From contig CM106585.1 in assembly GCA_048013815.1 (NCBI GenBank), forward strand, positions 4,278,001-4,342,000: 64,000 bases of DNA, given 5' to 3'. The notes under the pieces were generated by a model. The model did no database searches and was not told where the DNA came from. It saw nothing but the letters and a program-made list of their open reading frames with translations. Both the position numbers and the translations under genes were made by a program. The stretch's first letter is position 1, and each line of letters begins with the position of its first letter. Positions 37,501 through 50,998 of the stretch are shown piece after piece. The DNA is from Setoptus koraiensis (taxonomy: Eukaryota; Animalia; Arthropoda).

Positions 37501-40500
37501 CATTTGCTCGCAATGTTACAGTTTATAGCAAATAGGTTGTTGCAAATAAAAGTCAATTTGTAACAGTCAGTGATTTAGCTAGTTAACTTTTATCGCAAGT
37601 CAACTCGCATTGTGTTGCCAGCAGAGGATAGAGCAATTTAATTTGCCCTCTTTCATTAGTCTCAACATAAAGAATGTACATATTACATCATTCCGGCGAG
37701 ATCCATTAATTTTAAGCAATCTGCTTATTTAAATGACTGAAATTTAAATGGAAAATCTTAAATGGATAGCATGCTGCATGTCTATCATCAATAACAGTGT
37801 ATTTGACTAAATATTACGAGACACAAGATGCTCTTGATGGTTTCTGGGCAAACTAAAACCGGAGATAAACCATGCTAGGCGAGCTCAACAACGAACATCT
37901 TGCCAGCAGCTAATAACCAGCGGCAAAGGAGAAAATTTGTTTGGGTGAGTACAATAATAATACCTATATTAAATAGCGGCCGAGAGAGATTTTGTTTGCT
38001 GGCATTTTGTTTGAAGAGAGGCATTATTTTCTCGGCGAGCTCGCTCAGTTGGAGCCGCGTCGAGGGCGCCTGTCTGCAGCAGCCAGTTCGTTATCAATAT
38101 GTAATATGGGTCACATCCCCCCCTTACCCATATCACGTCGGGCTGGCGCGGCTTTTTTACGACAGGCACACTTATCGCGAATCGCGTAGACTCAACTCGA
38201 ACACAATCTCAAAATCCCTGCAACAAGGAGATTACTTATTTGGCAAAGCACACGCTATCAACTATAAAATACATTTGACCAAAATATCTGGTTCACCAGC
38301 TCCTGAGTTACGAGGCTCGTAAGCCAACAAGATCATTTGAACATTCTTCGTACAGCCATTATCCGTGTGCTGCAAGGTGTGCCGGCCCCAATGCCGAATG
38401 GCGCTGTGATTTACAGGCAACTGGCGCAGCCGAAACAGCCTCTGATGTATTTCGGATACAGCCAGACACAGCCACATACGGCCAGATATGGCTGGCATTT
38501 GCGGGCCGACGCCAGCCATAGATGAGGGGCCAGCTTGTTGAGTTGAAGTTGATTTTTTGCCCGGCAAGCACCAATAATATCCCACTACAATGTACATTTC
38601 TCTTGGAGAATTTTGCTAAAATTCTCGCATCATCCCGGCCGCTGATGCCTGATTTGACTGACTGTACTACAATTGAGCCATATTGTAGTGCAGCCAGTCA
38701 AATGAGCTTCATTGAGACTACATGTGGGCATATTATTTTTGTTTTTATTAGCCATTTCGCTGTCACATGAGGCGAGCGGACCCCTTCGCTGGCCTGATCA
38801 TTATTGGCACAATAATGATTCACACAAATAGTGACAGTTTGGCTGTGTTTGCGCGCGGATATTCGTGAGTCGAGTTTTGCCCGAGTGATTGCGCCAAACG
38901 ACTGATCGGTTGACCTTTTGGCGCGCGAGACAATTTCGCTTTTCGACCGATAGTCGCACAACAACGGCAACAGCAATGAAAAAGTTGCCCCCACTCCGTT
39001 CGATTGAAATCATCAGCTCGCCCGCCACTCAAATCGGCCGCTATCAGCCAATACCTGGCAATACCTGGCAATACCTGGCAATACCTGGCAATACCTGGCT
39101 GGATATCGCGTGCCCGTCGCCTGACCGACCGGGTGTCGTCCGTTTTGTCGTCGCGCTGATTTTGCTGACAAACTTTTGTTTTCAGTGTAAATTTTTGCAC
39201 TGTCCGACAGTGACTGTCGGTCGTCAAGTATCGCTACTGTGCACATTGCATGTTCACTTGAGATGGATTGAGACACGCGGATATATGCGGATAAACAGCA
39301 ATGTTATATGAGCAATATTCAACAATATCCGACAATATGCTGCCGTGTCGGACACATTGTTGTTTATGCGACGGCACGGCAAATTATACACACGGTCTGT
39401 ATATTAAATATTGAACATGCCAGCATGCACCGGCCCAACTGTTTGGCTGGCGCACGAGCGCGCAGCCGGGGCCTCGCGTGTCAGAGGGGCCCCGGCCGCC
39501 CGTTTGTGTGTGTGTGTTCGCCATCCATCATGGACGTGACGATTGTCGATTTCGATCACCTTTATTTGCCACATTGGACAGATCGATCAATTACAGGCGG
39601 CTCGCTCGCTGAAAATTCTAATTCACTTGAACTGTTGGCCACAGTTCAAATGAATTAGTCAGGGCATAGCACGCGCATCAGCACTGCTGATCAGCGCCAA
39701 TGCCGGCCACCTCGCCAGATATTTCGGGGGCCCCATTCAATTATCTGTTTGTTTGCGTTGTGGCAGTGCGAGTGCGGGGGCCCCATTGTGCAACAACTAC
39801 ACATGTAGATGTGGGCCGGCCGAGATTGGTGGTGCCCTTCTTTTGCTCATAAGATGAATCGGATTATTGCACGCTTGGCTTGTCGCATGAAAAACTGACG
39901 CTCATCCACTCTCGCGGCTAATGTAGATCCGGTGTCAGTCGGGGCGGCGCGGCTTGCCCGAGCCGCGAGCCGCGAATCGCCCGAGCCGCCAATGGTACCC
40001 ACAAATTACTATGTGTGCGCCCCCTCGCGCATCTGACACACGAAATTCTCATTGCATCATTGCGTCGTCATTGTTGCCAGCAACAATGTGTTTGAATGTG
40101 CGAGCAGCTCGCATGTAAAGACCGGCTCAATTGTAGATCAACTTGCCAGATCGCATGAGATGAGTTTCGTCATGAGGAGCAGCGTCGCGAGCAAAAGGTT
40201 TGCAAAATTTCACAGTTGTACAAACAGTCGCCCAACGCGCGTTACATAACATAGCGCGTTATATAACGCGTTATATAACGCGTGTTGCGTAACGCGTGTC
40301 GTGTAACGGGCCGCGCGTTATAAGACGCGGGCCGGCGAGACAAGTTTGTTTGTTTCTCATCACGAGCAATCACTGATCGTAATACGCACTGACAATATCG
40401 CGTCAGTATCGGCGCCCGTTGTTTGCCCGAAGTAGCCAAACTCAGGCGGCGTGAGGCCCGCCAAAGCCGGCCACATAAATTAAGAGATTTGGCGCGCCAA

Positions 40501-41607
40501 CGGGCCCCACTGCCCGCTGCCGGCGACGTTCGCCGGCCCGACGCTCTGGCGCGAGCGGCGCGTCGGGCCGGCCCAATATCGGTATATTATTATGTCGATA
40601 TATTGTGTCGCACTGGCACTCAATCCGCTGGTACTGAACTGGCGATTGGGCGTGCGATATTGCGCGATTTCGTGCGATTTTCGGCGATGTTGTGCGATGT
40701 TGTGCGATTTCGTGCGATTTCGGGCGACTTTGTGCGATTTCGTGCGATTTCGTGCGACTTTGTGCGACTTTGTGCGATTTCGTGCGACTTGTGCGATTTC
40801 CTGAATCACGACTTGTGATGGGGACTCACCTGCGCGAACGTGCACCGTGCGGCTGCACAGCGAGCCCGCCGAGTTCTCGAGGCAGCACCGGTAGGCGGCG
40901 GAATGTATGTCCTGGCGATAACTATCACTGGCGAATGGCACAAACACTAGCGCCCCGTCGTGGCGGACGTAGCGCAAATCAGGCACTTGTTTCACGTTGG
41001 CCCCGTCCGTCAGCTTCCAGTGGATGGAGGTGGGCACCGGCGCGTGCTGCTGGTAGTAGCTGAGGCCGTGCTGCTGCCGGCCCGAGGCGGGCCCCTGGTC
41101 CGCGCGATACGGCGCAACCTGGTGCCTGTTGGTGAGCGGAATTTCGGGGGCCGGGTCTGCGTTGCCGATGAGCATGGCCGGCGTGCAGGGTATCACGGTG
41201 CCGGTAGTGTTGGAGAATACGACGTAAGACGGCGGTTCCAGGGACAATTTGGGCGCCAAATTTTGTAAATAGTCCACACTTAATGACGAGCGCTTTTGCT
41301 GCTGGGGGCGCTGCTGCTGCGGCTGGGGCGGCTGATGGTGATGATGATGTAATAAAGGCAAATTTTTCATCGCTGTTGTTGGCGCCGTTGTGCGGCCATT
41401 TTGTTGTACACCGGCCTGCTGACTGTTGTGCTGCTTAAATGATTTATGGCCGCTATTAGACTGGCCCCCCAAAAATGGCGCCGAATTTGTTGTGTCGGGC
41501 GCTCGGGAGCCGGCGTAGCCGGCGCCACTTCCGCCTATATCGGCCAGCGGGCCGCCGACAAGTGAGCTGTCCATGAGTGGCCCGTTATGATTGCTGTTTA
41601 GTAACAT
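28558..41607 (-). CDS. Dscam: Dscam family, mDscam type (Ig1-9, FN3-1,2,5,6, TM, cytoplasmic tail); exons 41607(+)-40830, 37164-37009, 36864-36670, 36544-36095, 35228-33389, 33181-28558; 5' leader not resolved
   Basis: Ig1 VVFSNTTGTVIPC..DSYRQDIHSAAYRC, Ig2 DEFVISGNTAVLRCQVP..MMLPSGELYI, seven further Ig domains, FN3 GMIRGYYIGY and LKCGS motifs, TM LCLVVGIIMASVFLMLAFGWFI; all five introns GT-AG and phase-consistent (~2680 aa from Met 41607). Confidence 0.95.
38649..38706. ncRNA. Candidate intronic pre-miRNA-like hairpin
   Basis: 22-bp stem (38652-38673 / 38682-38703) with one mismatch and one G-U on either strand, 8-nt loop, short basal extension; no known mature miRNA recognised. Confidence 0.4.
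39049..39098. repeat. 10-bp tandem repeat x5 (CAATACCTGG)
   Basis: Direct inspection. Confidence 0.95.
40655..40800. repeat. Degenerate ~10-bp tandem repeat (GTGCGATTTC-like) at the 5' end of a Dscam intron
   Basis: Direct inspection. Confidence 0.9.
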
Positions 41608-42462
41608 GTGGTGGCGCTGCTGGCTCGCCGGTGTGTGGTCGCCGTGAAATAAATACAGCGCTGTATTTAGCGGGTAGTGGACAGATTGAAATACAAGAAA
41701 ACTCGTGGTTAGTTAGTTGGCTCGACTCGATTAAACGCTCAATTTGATGTGCTGCCCACTGGCGGTCATTTCGTCGCAACACAATCCATCCCGACAGCGG
41801 CGCCGGTGCGACACTGTCGGGCCGGCGACACTGTCGGGCTCGTGACATTATTAGGCTGTTGTTATTAGGTGTCTCTGGCAAATCATATCGCACGACACAC
41901 ATAACATTACAGTTGTATAGAGACACAGTCGCTTAAATTGTGTTATTTGCTAGTTATTTTGTGTAGATTGGCGCTGGCGTCGCATTAGCATCGCCGGTGG
42001 CCAGTGCGCGGCCATCAATTTTGATTAATATCTATTTGATATGAGCTGGCCGGCAATTGATGATAGTTTGAACACATACACGTTCCATTGTGGGCTCGCT
42101 TGAGGCGCCTCACAACAAATATAACACGCCATGTACGATATAAGGCAGTGTTATTATGTAATGCTGGCGGGGGCGCCCGCAATTGTGTGCTGTGCGATAT
42201 AAGATATGATATAAAATCTGGATATCGGCGGCCAGAGAATTCGTGTCGTTTGAATCAGCAATAACCGTTATGTCAGTGTTATATTAATCATCTATTTGGT
42301 TGTCAATTTGGTTGCAGGGGGCGCGCGCGTATCATTAGACGGACTTGCAAAAGACTGTCTACTGCGGGCAAGCGGCCGGCCGACTGATTGTTTATTGTCC
42401 GGTGTCCGGCCGCTCGCCCGGCGCAAACGCGCTGCCCAAATATTAACATTTTTCGCCTCCTT

Positions 42463-42463
<1 letters not shown>

Positions 42464-42502
<39 letters not shown>

Positions 42503-42532
42503 TTCCTCGCCTTCCTCGCCTTCTTCGCCTTC
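42464..42532. repeat. 9-bp tandem repeat (TTCGCCTTC)n
   Basis: Direct inspection. Confidence 0.95.
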
Positions 42533-43911
42533 GTCTCGCGGGCCCGCCGCGAACTGAGAGGCTCTGACGGAGCTCGCAGCTCGTAGCGCCCAGAGCGGCT
42601 GCCACTGAGGCTCGCAGCCAGCGCCCAGAGGTTCGGCCGAGCGGCGATGATTGAGGCGGAGGCAGCAAAAATGATCGCGCTCGCCCGCAACCGGCCCGAA
42701 ACTGCTTTTTGTCCGGCCATACTTGACATATACTGCATGTGATATATATATAGTTTGTGTATATCTCGTCGGGGGCGCCCTCGCCACACAATCACACAGA
42801 TATATACAGACGGATATACGGATGTATGGATAAACAGTGTACACAGTGCGCGCTAGTGTTAATGGGCGAGCGTGCCAGCGTGCTAATGGGGCCGCTCATT
42901 CATTCTCAAAGTTAATCTTGATCTAGATTATCTAGCCAACAGACCAAGTGCGCCAAGCCGCCAACGGCCCGGCCGCGCTGGCCCCCACTAATGGGCCCAC
43001 GGCTATTGGGCCAGATGAATGGCTGCCAAGATCGAAAGTGCCAAGACCGCCGCTCAGAGTGCGCTGTAACGGCCAGCCAACAGTAATGATCATAATCGGT
43101 TTGTCAATCAATAATAGCCATAAACCAGTTAACTAAAACCGGCCCGCAACCCGAATCTAGGCCCGGCCTTCGCGCGCTACCGCCACCACGGCTACTTTGG
43201 TTGCTCTATTAGATACTGATCAATACAATATTATATAATATTGAATAGACTTTTGTTGGCGCGATGCTCCCCTACCGACAGTGTGTTGCGGACTACATAT
43301 TACATAATACACAGACAGACTCTGTAGTTACAGACGCTGTCATACCGACTGTGCTGTGATGCCGAGTCGTCACGGCGGGCCGCCTGGTGGCAAGTGTCTG
43401 AAAAAGTCAAACAGTTGCATCAAACCAGCTGCCACTTGCCATTGGTAGAGGTCGCAATCGGCCTGAAGGCGGCGACGACGACGACGACGACAAAAGTCAA
43501 ACTCGTTATACGTCAAACTACGTAAACTTGATCCACTGCCAGTCGCAGCCAGCAGCTAGGTTACATCATGATATGTGACTACTGAACCATTTTATGGTGC
43601 ACACGCGTCACACACACACACCGTCTGTCACTGAGACCGTTACGTAACACAAACCCCGTTACGCAATGCAAACCCCGTTACGCAATGCAAACCCCGTTGC
43701 ACAATACAAACCCCGTTGCTTATGGCTCGCAAGCAGCAAGCGGGGCCCCACCGAAGCCAGTTGGGGCGCCTCGCACAAGAACTGGTGCGGCCCGGGAAAT
43801 TGGATCGAGCTCGATTTAGACGCTGTCATGCAGACAGCGGATACACAAACGTTGCTGCCATACGAACGCCAGTCGACCCTTGTCTCGTCTCGCTGCGGCT
43901 CGGCCAAATCG

Positions 43912-43995
43912 AGACGCGGCGCAAATATCCGACCAACAGACGCGGCGCAAATATCCGACCAACAGACGCGGCGCAAATATCCGACCAACAGACGC
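43912..43995. repeat. 26-bp tandem repeat x3 (AGACGCGGCGCAAATATCCGACCAAC)
   Basis: Three adjacent identical copies, no spacers. Confidence 0.95.
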
Positions 43996-44153
43996 AATGG
44001 CGCCGGTTGCAGTCTAAACACTTAACAGCAAAGACGTATTGACAAATGCCCCAAACGCAGACAGATAACGGATAACTTATCCGGGATAAGTTTGTGCGGG
44101 CAAAAACAAAAAATTAATTTACGCCCTCGCGTCTAGCGAATCAATTAACGCGC

Positions 44154-44155
<2 letters not shown>

Positions 44156-44214
<59 letters not shown>
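44156..44214. repeat. (GT)n microsatellite, ~29 units
   Basis: Direct inspection. Confidence 0.98.
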
Positions 44215-44217
<3 letters not shown>

Positions 44218-46240
44218 AAAGTGTTTTTTATCTTCTCTACAATGTATCCATATAATGTATTTATGTTACATGAATGCTACCAATGCCAATTGTGAGGCCA
44301 ATTCCCCGTTTTCCGGTTCCCCGTTTTCCGGTTGCCCGTTTTGCTGGCCCAGCGCGAACAAGCGTAACAAGCGGCCAACTGGCGCGACACGTTGTGCCAC
44401 CAGCATTGCATGGCAGCCAGAATGGGTTCGTCTTACGCAACGTTTGCTATAGCAACAATAGTCTTACATAATGTGTGCCGAATGCAATGTATGGGATAGT
44501 GTGTGGCGTGTCTTATCTTGTCGCTTCAATCATCAATTTTTCATCTATTGTATCGGCAATTGTATCTAGCTTGCATGGCTGGTGCCAGTGCCAGTGATGC
44601 CAGTGCGCGCCAGTCATTTATCTCGCAATTGTCAGTGTGAGATAAGCTGAAAATAAATTCAATCTGTTCTAACTAGTCTCGACAGGCCTCACTCGGGGGC
44701 CCCTCGTCGGGCTGCCGATCAAAAAATGACTGCCGGCCCCAAACAGACACTGGCATACTGTGCATCAGTGGGTGCTGACGAGCTGGCAGATAATAAATTT
44801 TCGTACTTGAACATTTAATGTTCATTGTTGATGCTCAACAAGGCATAATACATGTTGCGTTTGTGCGACACTAGTGTGCATTTCTGACAACTATGCCATT
44901 CATTACAACATTGTATTCTGTTGTTGTTGCTCGCCTCACCTGACGCCCACTGGCCATGTTAATTAAACTGGGTCATGAGCTCACCTTGCCAATCGTCTCT
45001 CAGCACGAGTCACACTGTGCAACTGTCGCACTGGTGTCCAGTGATTAAACACAGAGAGAAACGAGCGAGCTACCAAACACGTGCTAGTAGTGATTTTGCT
45101 GTAGTAATTCTCAGCTTGTCAGGCCACCATCAAATACAAACTGCTGGCCGACTGGTGGCCGAATCAGATATTACAATTGACATTGTTTCATCCGGTTGTC
45201 ACAAATGCACAACCAATGGGCAGCCGATAAGCGATAAGCTGAATTAGTCGCTGAATTAGATGGACTTGCCTTGTAACTGGTGCACACAAGTCCTTACAAG
45301 TCGTGTCACAGTTCTGTCACAACTCATTTATCTGTTTCTGTGTGATGTAACATGTTGTTAGATATAGCGGATATAACGGTGTGACGTAACGGTATGTGAG
45401 TGCCAAGAAACAAACCGATTGTGTGTGTGCGACATTGCGACACAGAGGGCGCAACCGACGAGAGAGCAACGGACCCAATCAAATGAAACTAATCGAGAAC
45501 ATTTTTTATCTCAAGATTCGTTGCCCGCTCTCACCTGTCCTTTCGCTTGTCTGGCGATTCACACAAAGTGGCGCCGGACTTATTGTTGTTGTCGTTGTTG
45601 GTGCAACAACAACGACAAACGAGCAACGACAAACGAGCAACGAGGACGTTATCTGACAGTCGCCTCTCAGGTGAGAAAGTCTAAGCTGAGCGTGATTGAG
45701 CCAACCACTCAAGAATAAATCGCAAGTTGCATTGTCGCCATAGAGGGGCCCACAGCACGACAAATCAAAGCTCGGCTGGCAGCGTCATTTTGAGTTATAT
45801 TGAGCCGTTGTATCGAGCGTTTGTTGGGGCCAGTTTGTCGCTGGCGTGTGCCCGTGACGTAATATCAAGCGTCGATTTATATCGGTGCGCTCATTTGATT
45901 TGTTGTTGTCGTTGTTGTTTTTTCTCGTCGCCGGTCGCTTGCCGAGCGGCGCATTATTCACGCTGCGGCATGCGGCCGCAACGGGCCGCATTGGGCTACC
46001 GGGCTGTCGGGCTATCGCGCTGTCGGGCCATCGCGCTGTCGGGCTACCGGGTTATTGGGCCATTGGGGAACTCGAGAGTCGGCGGGAGTCAAGAGCGCGG
46101 GTCGAGACTGTCGCAAATTAGATAGCTAATGCAGGCGGATACAAGTGGAGCCAGTGCAAGCGGAGCCGACGCAAGCGGACCGGCCACCACATAAATATCC
46201 GCATTGTTCGCCGAGCCGCTGTGCGGTATTCTGCGGCGTC

Positions 46241-46322
46241 CCGAGGCATTCTGACTCAGAATTTCCGAGGCATTCTGACTCAGAATTTCCGAGGCATTCT
46301 GACTCAGAATTTCCGGGGCATT
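46241..46322. repeat. 24-bp tandem repeat x3 plus partial (CCGAGGCATTCTGACTCAGAATTT)
   Basis: Direct inspection. Confidence 0.95.
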
Positions 46323-49300
46323 TGCTCGGCTGAATTGCGCGCCGGGAGCGCGCCTCGGCGCGCAGCGGCCCGGCGCATTCGTGACCGCTTGCTGCCATCA
46401 ACAACAGCCGTCATGTAGCGGCTCACCTGTGCGGACCTTCGGCCGACATATTGGGCCGAGTTGTTGTTGCTGTCGTTGTTGCTGGCGTTGTAGTTGTGGG
46501 AGCGCTGGTTGTGGGCACAGTATGAAAATTGGATCAATCGGCTACAATGCACGGGTCGCGGCGGACAAGAGCGCCGTGTCCGCAATATTGTCCGTTTCGG
46601 ACAATATTGCGCTCACATCGCACTTGACAAGGCTGACATGGGCACCCTTGTAAATATACGATCGCGACCTAGTGGGCGAAATTCAACGACTGGCAGCAGC
46701 AACAACAACAGGCCAGCGCAAATCTAATACCGCCGGCGTGTATTTTTGTCAAGCATGCGCGCGACATGGAATCGATTAGGCGACTTTGCGACTTTCGGGG
46801 GCCCCACTTTCTGCTGCATTTGTCGTGGTGGCGCGGCTGTCGCCGTTGCCGGCTGGCTGGCTTGTTGGCTGGCCGGCGTGCGGCGGTATTAGTGGCAGTT
46901 ATGTGAGAGGGCACGGCCAGAATTTCAATGAGTCTATATCCGAGTTGCGTTAGTTTGTTTTGGGCCCGCTCTCTTATACATCATATATGTATATAATGTT
47001 TATGCAGCCACACTCGGATATTACAACTTGTGGATATTGTGTGTGTGTGCTTCACGTCTCGCTGTCGGTGGGGCCCCGTGCGGCCGTGTCACATGTAGCC
47101 ATGTCAGTGACATGCCAGCCAGCGAGAAAAATCTTTTTCTCGCTGGCTGGTTGGCTGGCCCCCGTCTGACCTCTTTGTCGAGTCTCTCGTTTCTGTGGTT
47201 CCATTCGTTGTGGCGCTGCGCTCGCATGATTGTGCCAGACACACACACACAATAAGTGTATACACACAAGTGTATAAGTGTCACGAGTTGAGGCCAGTTG
47301 GGGCCCGCTCGGTTGACGCGCGGCCAATCTGGCCCCAACACAAACTTGCCAGCACTGCCAATTGGCACAGATTGCGCGCCCCACACACAAAAGAATGAAA
47401 TGGGAAATTTTTTGAGCGCGAGTGGGGCGCACAAAAAGGGCGCAAGGACACAAGCGAGCGCTTTCGCAAAAGACGCCCGCTTAGATTAGTTTTGAGGCCC
47501 AATTTCAACTGGACCAATTTCTACAACATCCACATGTTTATCACACACACACACACACTCACAATGTTGCCGATCGCGGGCCCCCGCCCCCGTACGCTGG
47601 CCATTTAAGCGCTATGTGCTGGCCTGTATAGTGTTCGGTCAACTGCTGGTTCGGCCGCCAGTTGGGCTATTAGTTGATAGTTTGTAGTTGCAGCGAAACG
47701 CAGCTGCCGAACGGGCTCCAATTGTCCGATCCGGCGATATTCGCCTTATTTGGCCCGGCCGGCCCAAATGAGAGCGACGGGCGTTTTTAAGACATTTTTC
47801 GTCGCTCGACACTGGCCGAAAAGCGGCAAAAGACTGGCCAAAGCTGGCAAAAGACTGGCCAAAAACTAGAGAAAAACTGGCGATTCTTTGAAATTGCGCC
47901 CCAAATGACAATTCACTTTGTGCGTCGGCTGTCTCCACTGCGCCGACCGGCGACCGTGGCGACCGTGGCGACCGTAATAGCGACTAAATAGAGTCTCGTC
48001 CGACAGACTCCACGGGGCGCCCTCTTGCAAGCTCTTGCAAATGCTTTGTGTGCGATATGTGCCGAGCAGGCAAGAATATAATAGAATTTTCCATTCTGTG
48101 CTGGCGGCCCGGTCGCGGCGCCCGCCGTACACCGTCGGAGCGGCTCGGGCGGCGGGCCCGCTCCGCTCGTGAGCGCCCGCTCCGCTCATAAGCGCCCGTG
48201 AGCGTTTAAAAGCGCTCACGAGAGGACGGGTTCGTGTTTTGCGGCTTTTGTCTGGCAAATAGCGCCCGAGCTGCAAAGTGTGCTGACACACAGCAATGCC
48301 CGCCAGGCCAGGCGACTATTAATTTAGGGCTAACGATAATTGTTGTCATCTTCTGGCGAAAGGCTCTTATGTTATCATTATATAAGATATATATCTGGTG
48401 ATTTTATCCTTGGCCTTTTATTCTTTTATCGCCAAAACGAGTTCGCACACTGTCTGGGCATTCGAGCATTCGGGCATCTCAGCGTTCGGGCATCGGAGCG
48501 TTCGGGCATCGGAGCGTTCGGCCGCTCGAGCGGCCGCGGGACCACCTAGCGACGAAACGCAAATTTGTCTTCTTTTGTTGTAAGTTTAGTTATGATTTAT
48601 TATTTTAAACGCTCGCCTCGTTTAACTCGCTCGCTCGCCATGCTCAAAAGAGACTCTCGATTTGAGAGAAAAGAATTCGCGCCGGAAAATTGCGCGCGGG
48701 CCAGAAATTGAAGCAGCGACACGGCTGACAAGTGCATCAAACGCACGCTGTTGTCTCGCCAACTTGCCAAAGTGCCCCCTTATGATAATTGTATCTGCTT
48801 GCGTCACCCATCAGACTGGACAAACTGGCTTTTGTCGCCGTTGATGTCGCCGTTGTCGCCGTTGTCGCCGTTGTCGCCGTTGTCGCCGCTGTCGCCGTTG
48901 TCGCCGCTGTCGTTGATGTCGCCGTTGTCGCGGCTGCAACGGCCGGACAGGTTGCCCGGTTTCTCGCAAGTCAGATAAAAGTTTGCCAAAAGTCCGGCTC
49001 AAAACAAACACAAACACGTGGTGTTTGCTCTGGCTGTGGCTTGTGTTTGCTTTGTGCACATAATATAAAAGTATCTAATGCTGTAAGTATGTCAATGCTC
49101 TTGATCATTATTAATTGCGCCGCTCGCCTACTTACACAACAGGTAACAGCAGCGCGAGCTGCACGAGCTAACTGGCGCGGCATTAGCGGGCAAGCCAACA
49201 CGTGTTCAGCAATTGTATCACGTTTCTTGGTTACTTGACCGTTACTATCTGTGACTACTGTAACCGTTACTATCTGTGACTACTGTAACCGTTACACTGA

Positions 49301-49469
49301 GTGTAACGGGTGAGTATGCCAATTACCTGACTGGCGTTTGCGCAGCGTTTGCGGCACAGTATTTATGTCAGCACAGTTAGTGACAGTTTAGTGAGGTTGG
49401 CACAGCGAGCGTGTCGCCAAGACAGTGTGTGTCGCTCAGCAAAACAAAACGAAACGCAACACGACACAC

Positions 49470-49535
49470 CAAAACACAACAAAACACAACAAAACACAAC
49501 AAAACACAACAAAACACAACAAAACACAACAAAAC
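49470..49535. repeat. 10-bp tandem repeat (AAAACACAAC) x~6
   Basis: Direct inspection. Confidence 0.95.
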
Positions 49536-50915
49536 AAGGTGAAGCGGGCGCAATTACTGTTAGGTGCACACGGGTAATCAGTGGGACGAGTGATTATAGC
49601 GCTGCCCATTACGTAACAGTGCGAGTGACAGCCCGAGTGACAGCGCGAGTAACAGTTAGCTGGCGAGCAGTGTCAAGGCGAGCGCACGTTAAAGCGAGCG
49701 GGCGCCGGTTAGTGAGGGGCCCACGACGAGCAGCGACAGAAACAATTTATAGCAATTTATAAGCAAATGCACTTGTGTGTCGGGCCCGTGCGACGCTTAT
49801 TGCACTTTGCTCACTTGGCCCTGTCGGCGTACGTTGCCAACATCGCCACTAGATGTCCAATAGATCACCGAGACAAGCCAACGCCGCTGTTACCTGTGAG
49901 CACAGGTAACAGGTACGAGGTGGCAAAATTAAAAAGATGCTTGCATAATTCATCATTGTGCTTAAATGGGCGCGTCGTGCGCATTGTTAGCATCACGCGG
50001 CCATTGTTAGCATTACGTGGGCACTGTGTGCGCTAGTAGTGTTCATGTTGACTCGTGTGCCACGAGTTGAATAATTATGCAAATTAAGTTTCGTCATCAT
50101 CGTATGACAATGCGTCACCCACTGACACAATTGATGCAATTGCAGCGCCGAGCGACAACGACAACAACACACACAATGGCCACTGATGGGTCATGTAAAT
50201 GAGCACCTTCAAGGGAGCGCAATATTCATTTATTGGCATCATCAGTCATGTTGCGTTTAGCCCACTTATTACGCTTTATCTAACAGGCCGAGCGCTTGTT
50301 TTGAGCAAGCGGTTGCGCAAGCTCGCCGGCCAGTTGGGGCCCGGCGGCGCGTGGGGCCAACTGGTCGGCGAGCTCGCGAGTTTGCGAGTTGAAAAGAGGC
50401 CGTCAGCAGCTCATTGTTGTGACTCATATTGCACCGGTCAGCGGGCCGCTCTGTGCGAACTTGTCACTGACAGCTTCTCACTGGCAAGCCCAGTGAGAAG
50501 CTCGCCAGAGGCTCGCTCTTGCTCAGACGTCGATAGGCCGGTTTATCGCTATATCGATACATTGATACATTGACGTTGGGAGTGAGATATGGTCGAATGC
50601 GGGCGGCTTTGGGGCGACCGTTATTTTGCAAGTTGTGCGCCTTGCAAGGTGAGTTGTTCATGCAAGTTGTGCTGGACAACTCACCTTGCCGAAAGCATCT
50701 TGCACGGCACAGCACAGCACAGGTGAGCCACTGAGACAGTTGGTGGCCCAGAATGGCGAAATTACAGTGCAAAGTGTGCCAAAAAGACTGCCATTGATAA
50801 TGTCGTTTGCATGCCATTATCGCTATCGCGCATAGAGCGCTCACTGTGCGCCTCTATGCGGCGGCCATTTCAGCCTACCATTTTAGGGTACGTTACGCCG
50901 TGAGCCAGAGCGCCT

Positions 50916-50998
50916 ATTACGTAAGACAGGGCGCCCATTACGTAAGGCGCTCCTATTACGTAAGGCGCGCGTTGCGTAAGTTGCGCGTGTTGCGTAAG
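50916..50998. promoter_or_regulatory. Homotypic cluster of PAR-bZIP/C-EBP-like sites (3x ATTACGTAAG, 2x GTTGCGTAAG)
   Basis: Five motifs in 83 bp; the TTACGTAA core equals the PDP1/Vrille/Giant consensus; function inferred only. Confidence 0.35.

Noticed and set aside
43912-43995. 26-bp direct repeats as a CRISPR array
   Set aside because: Adjacent copies without spacers, eukaryotic context, no cas genes
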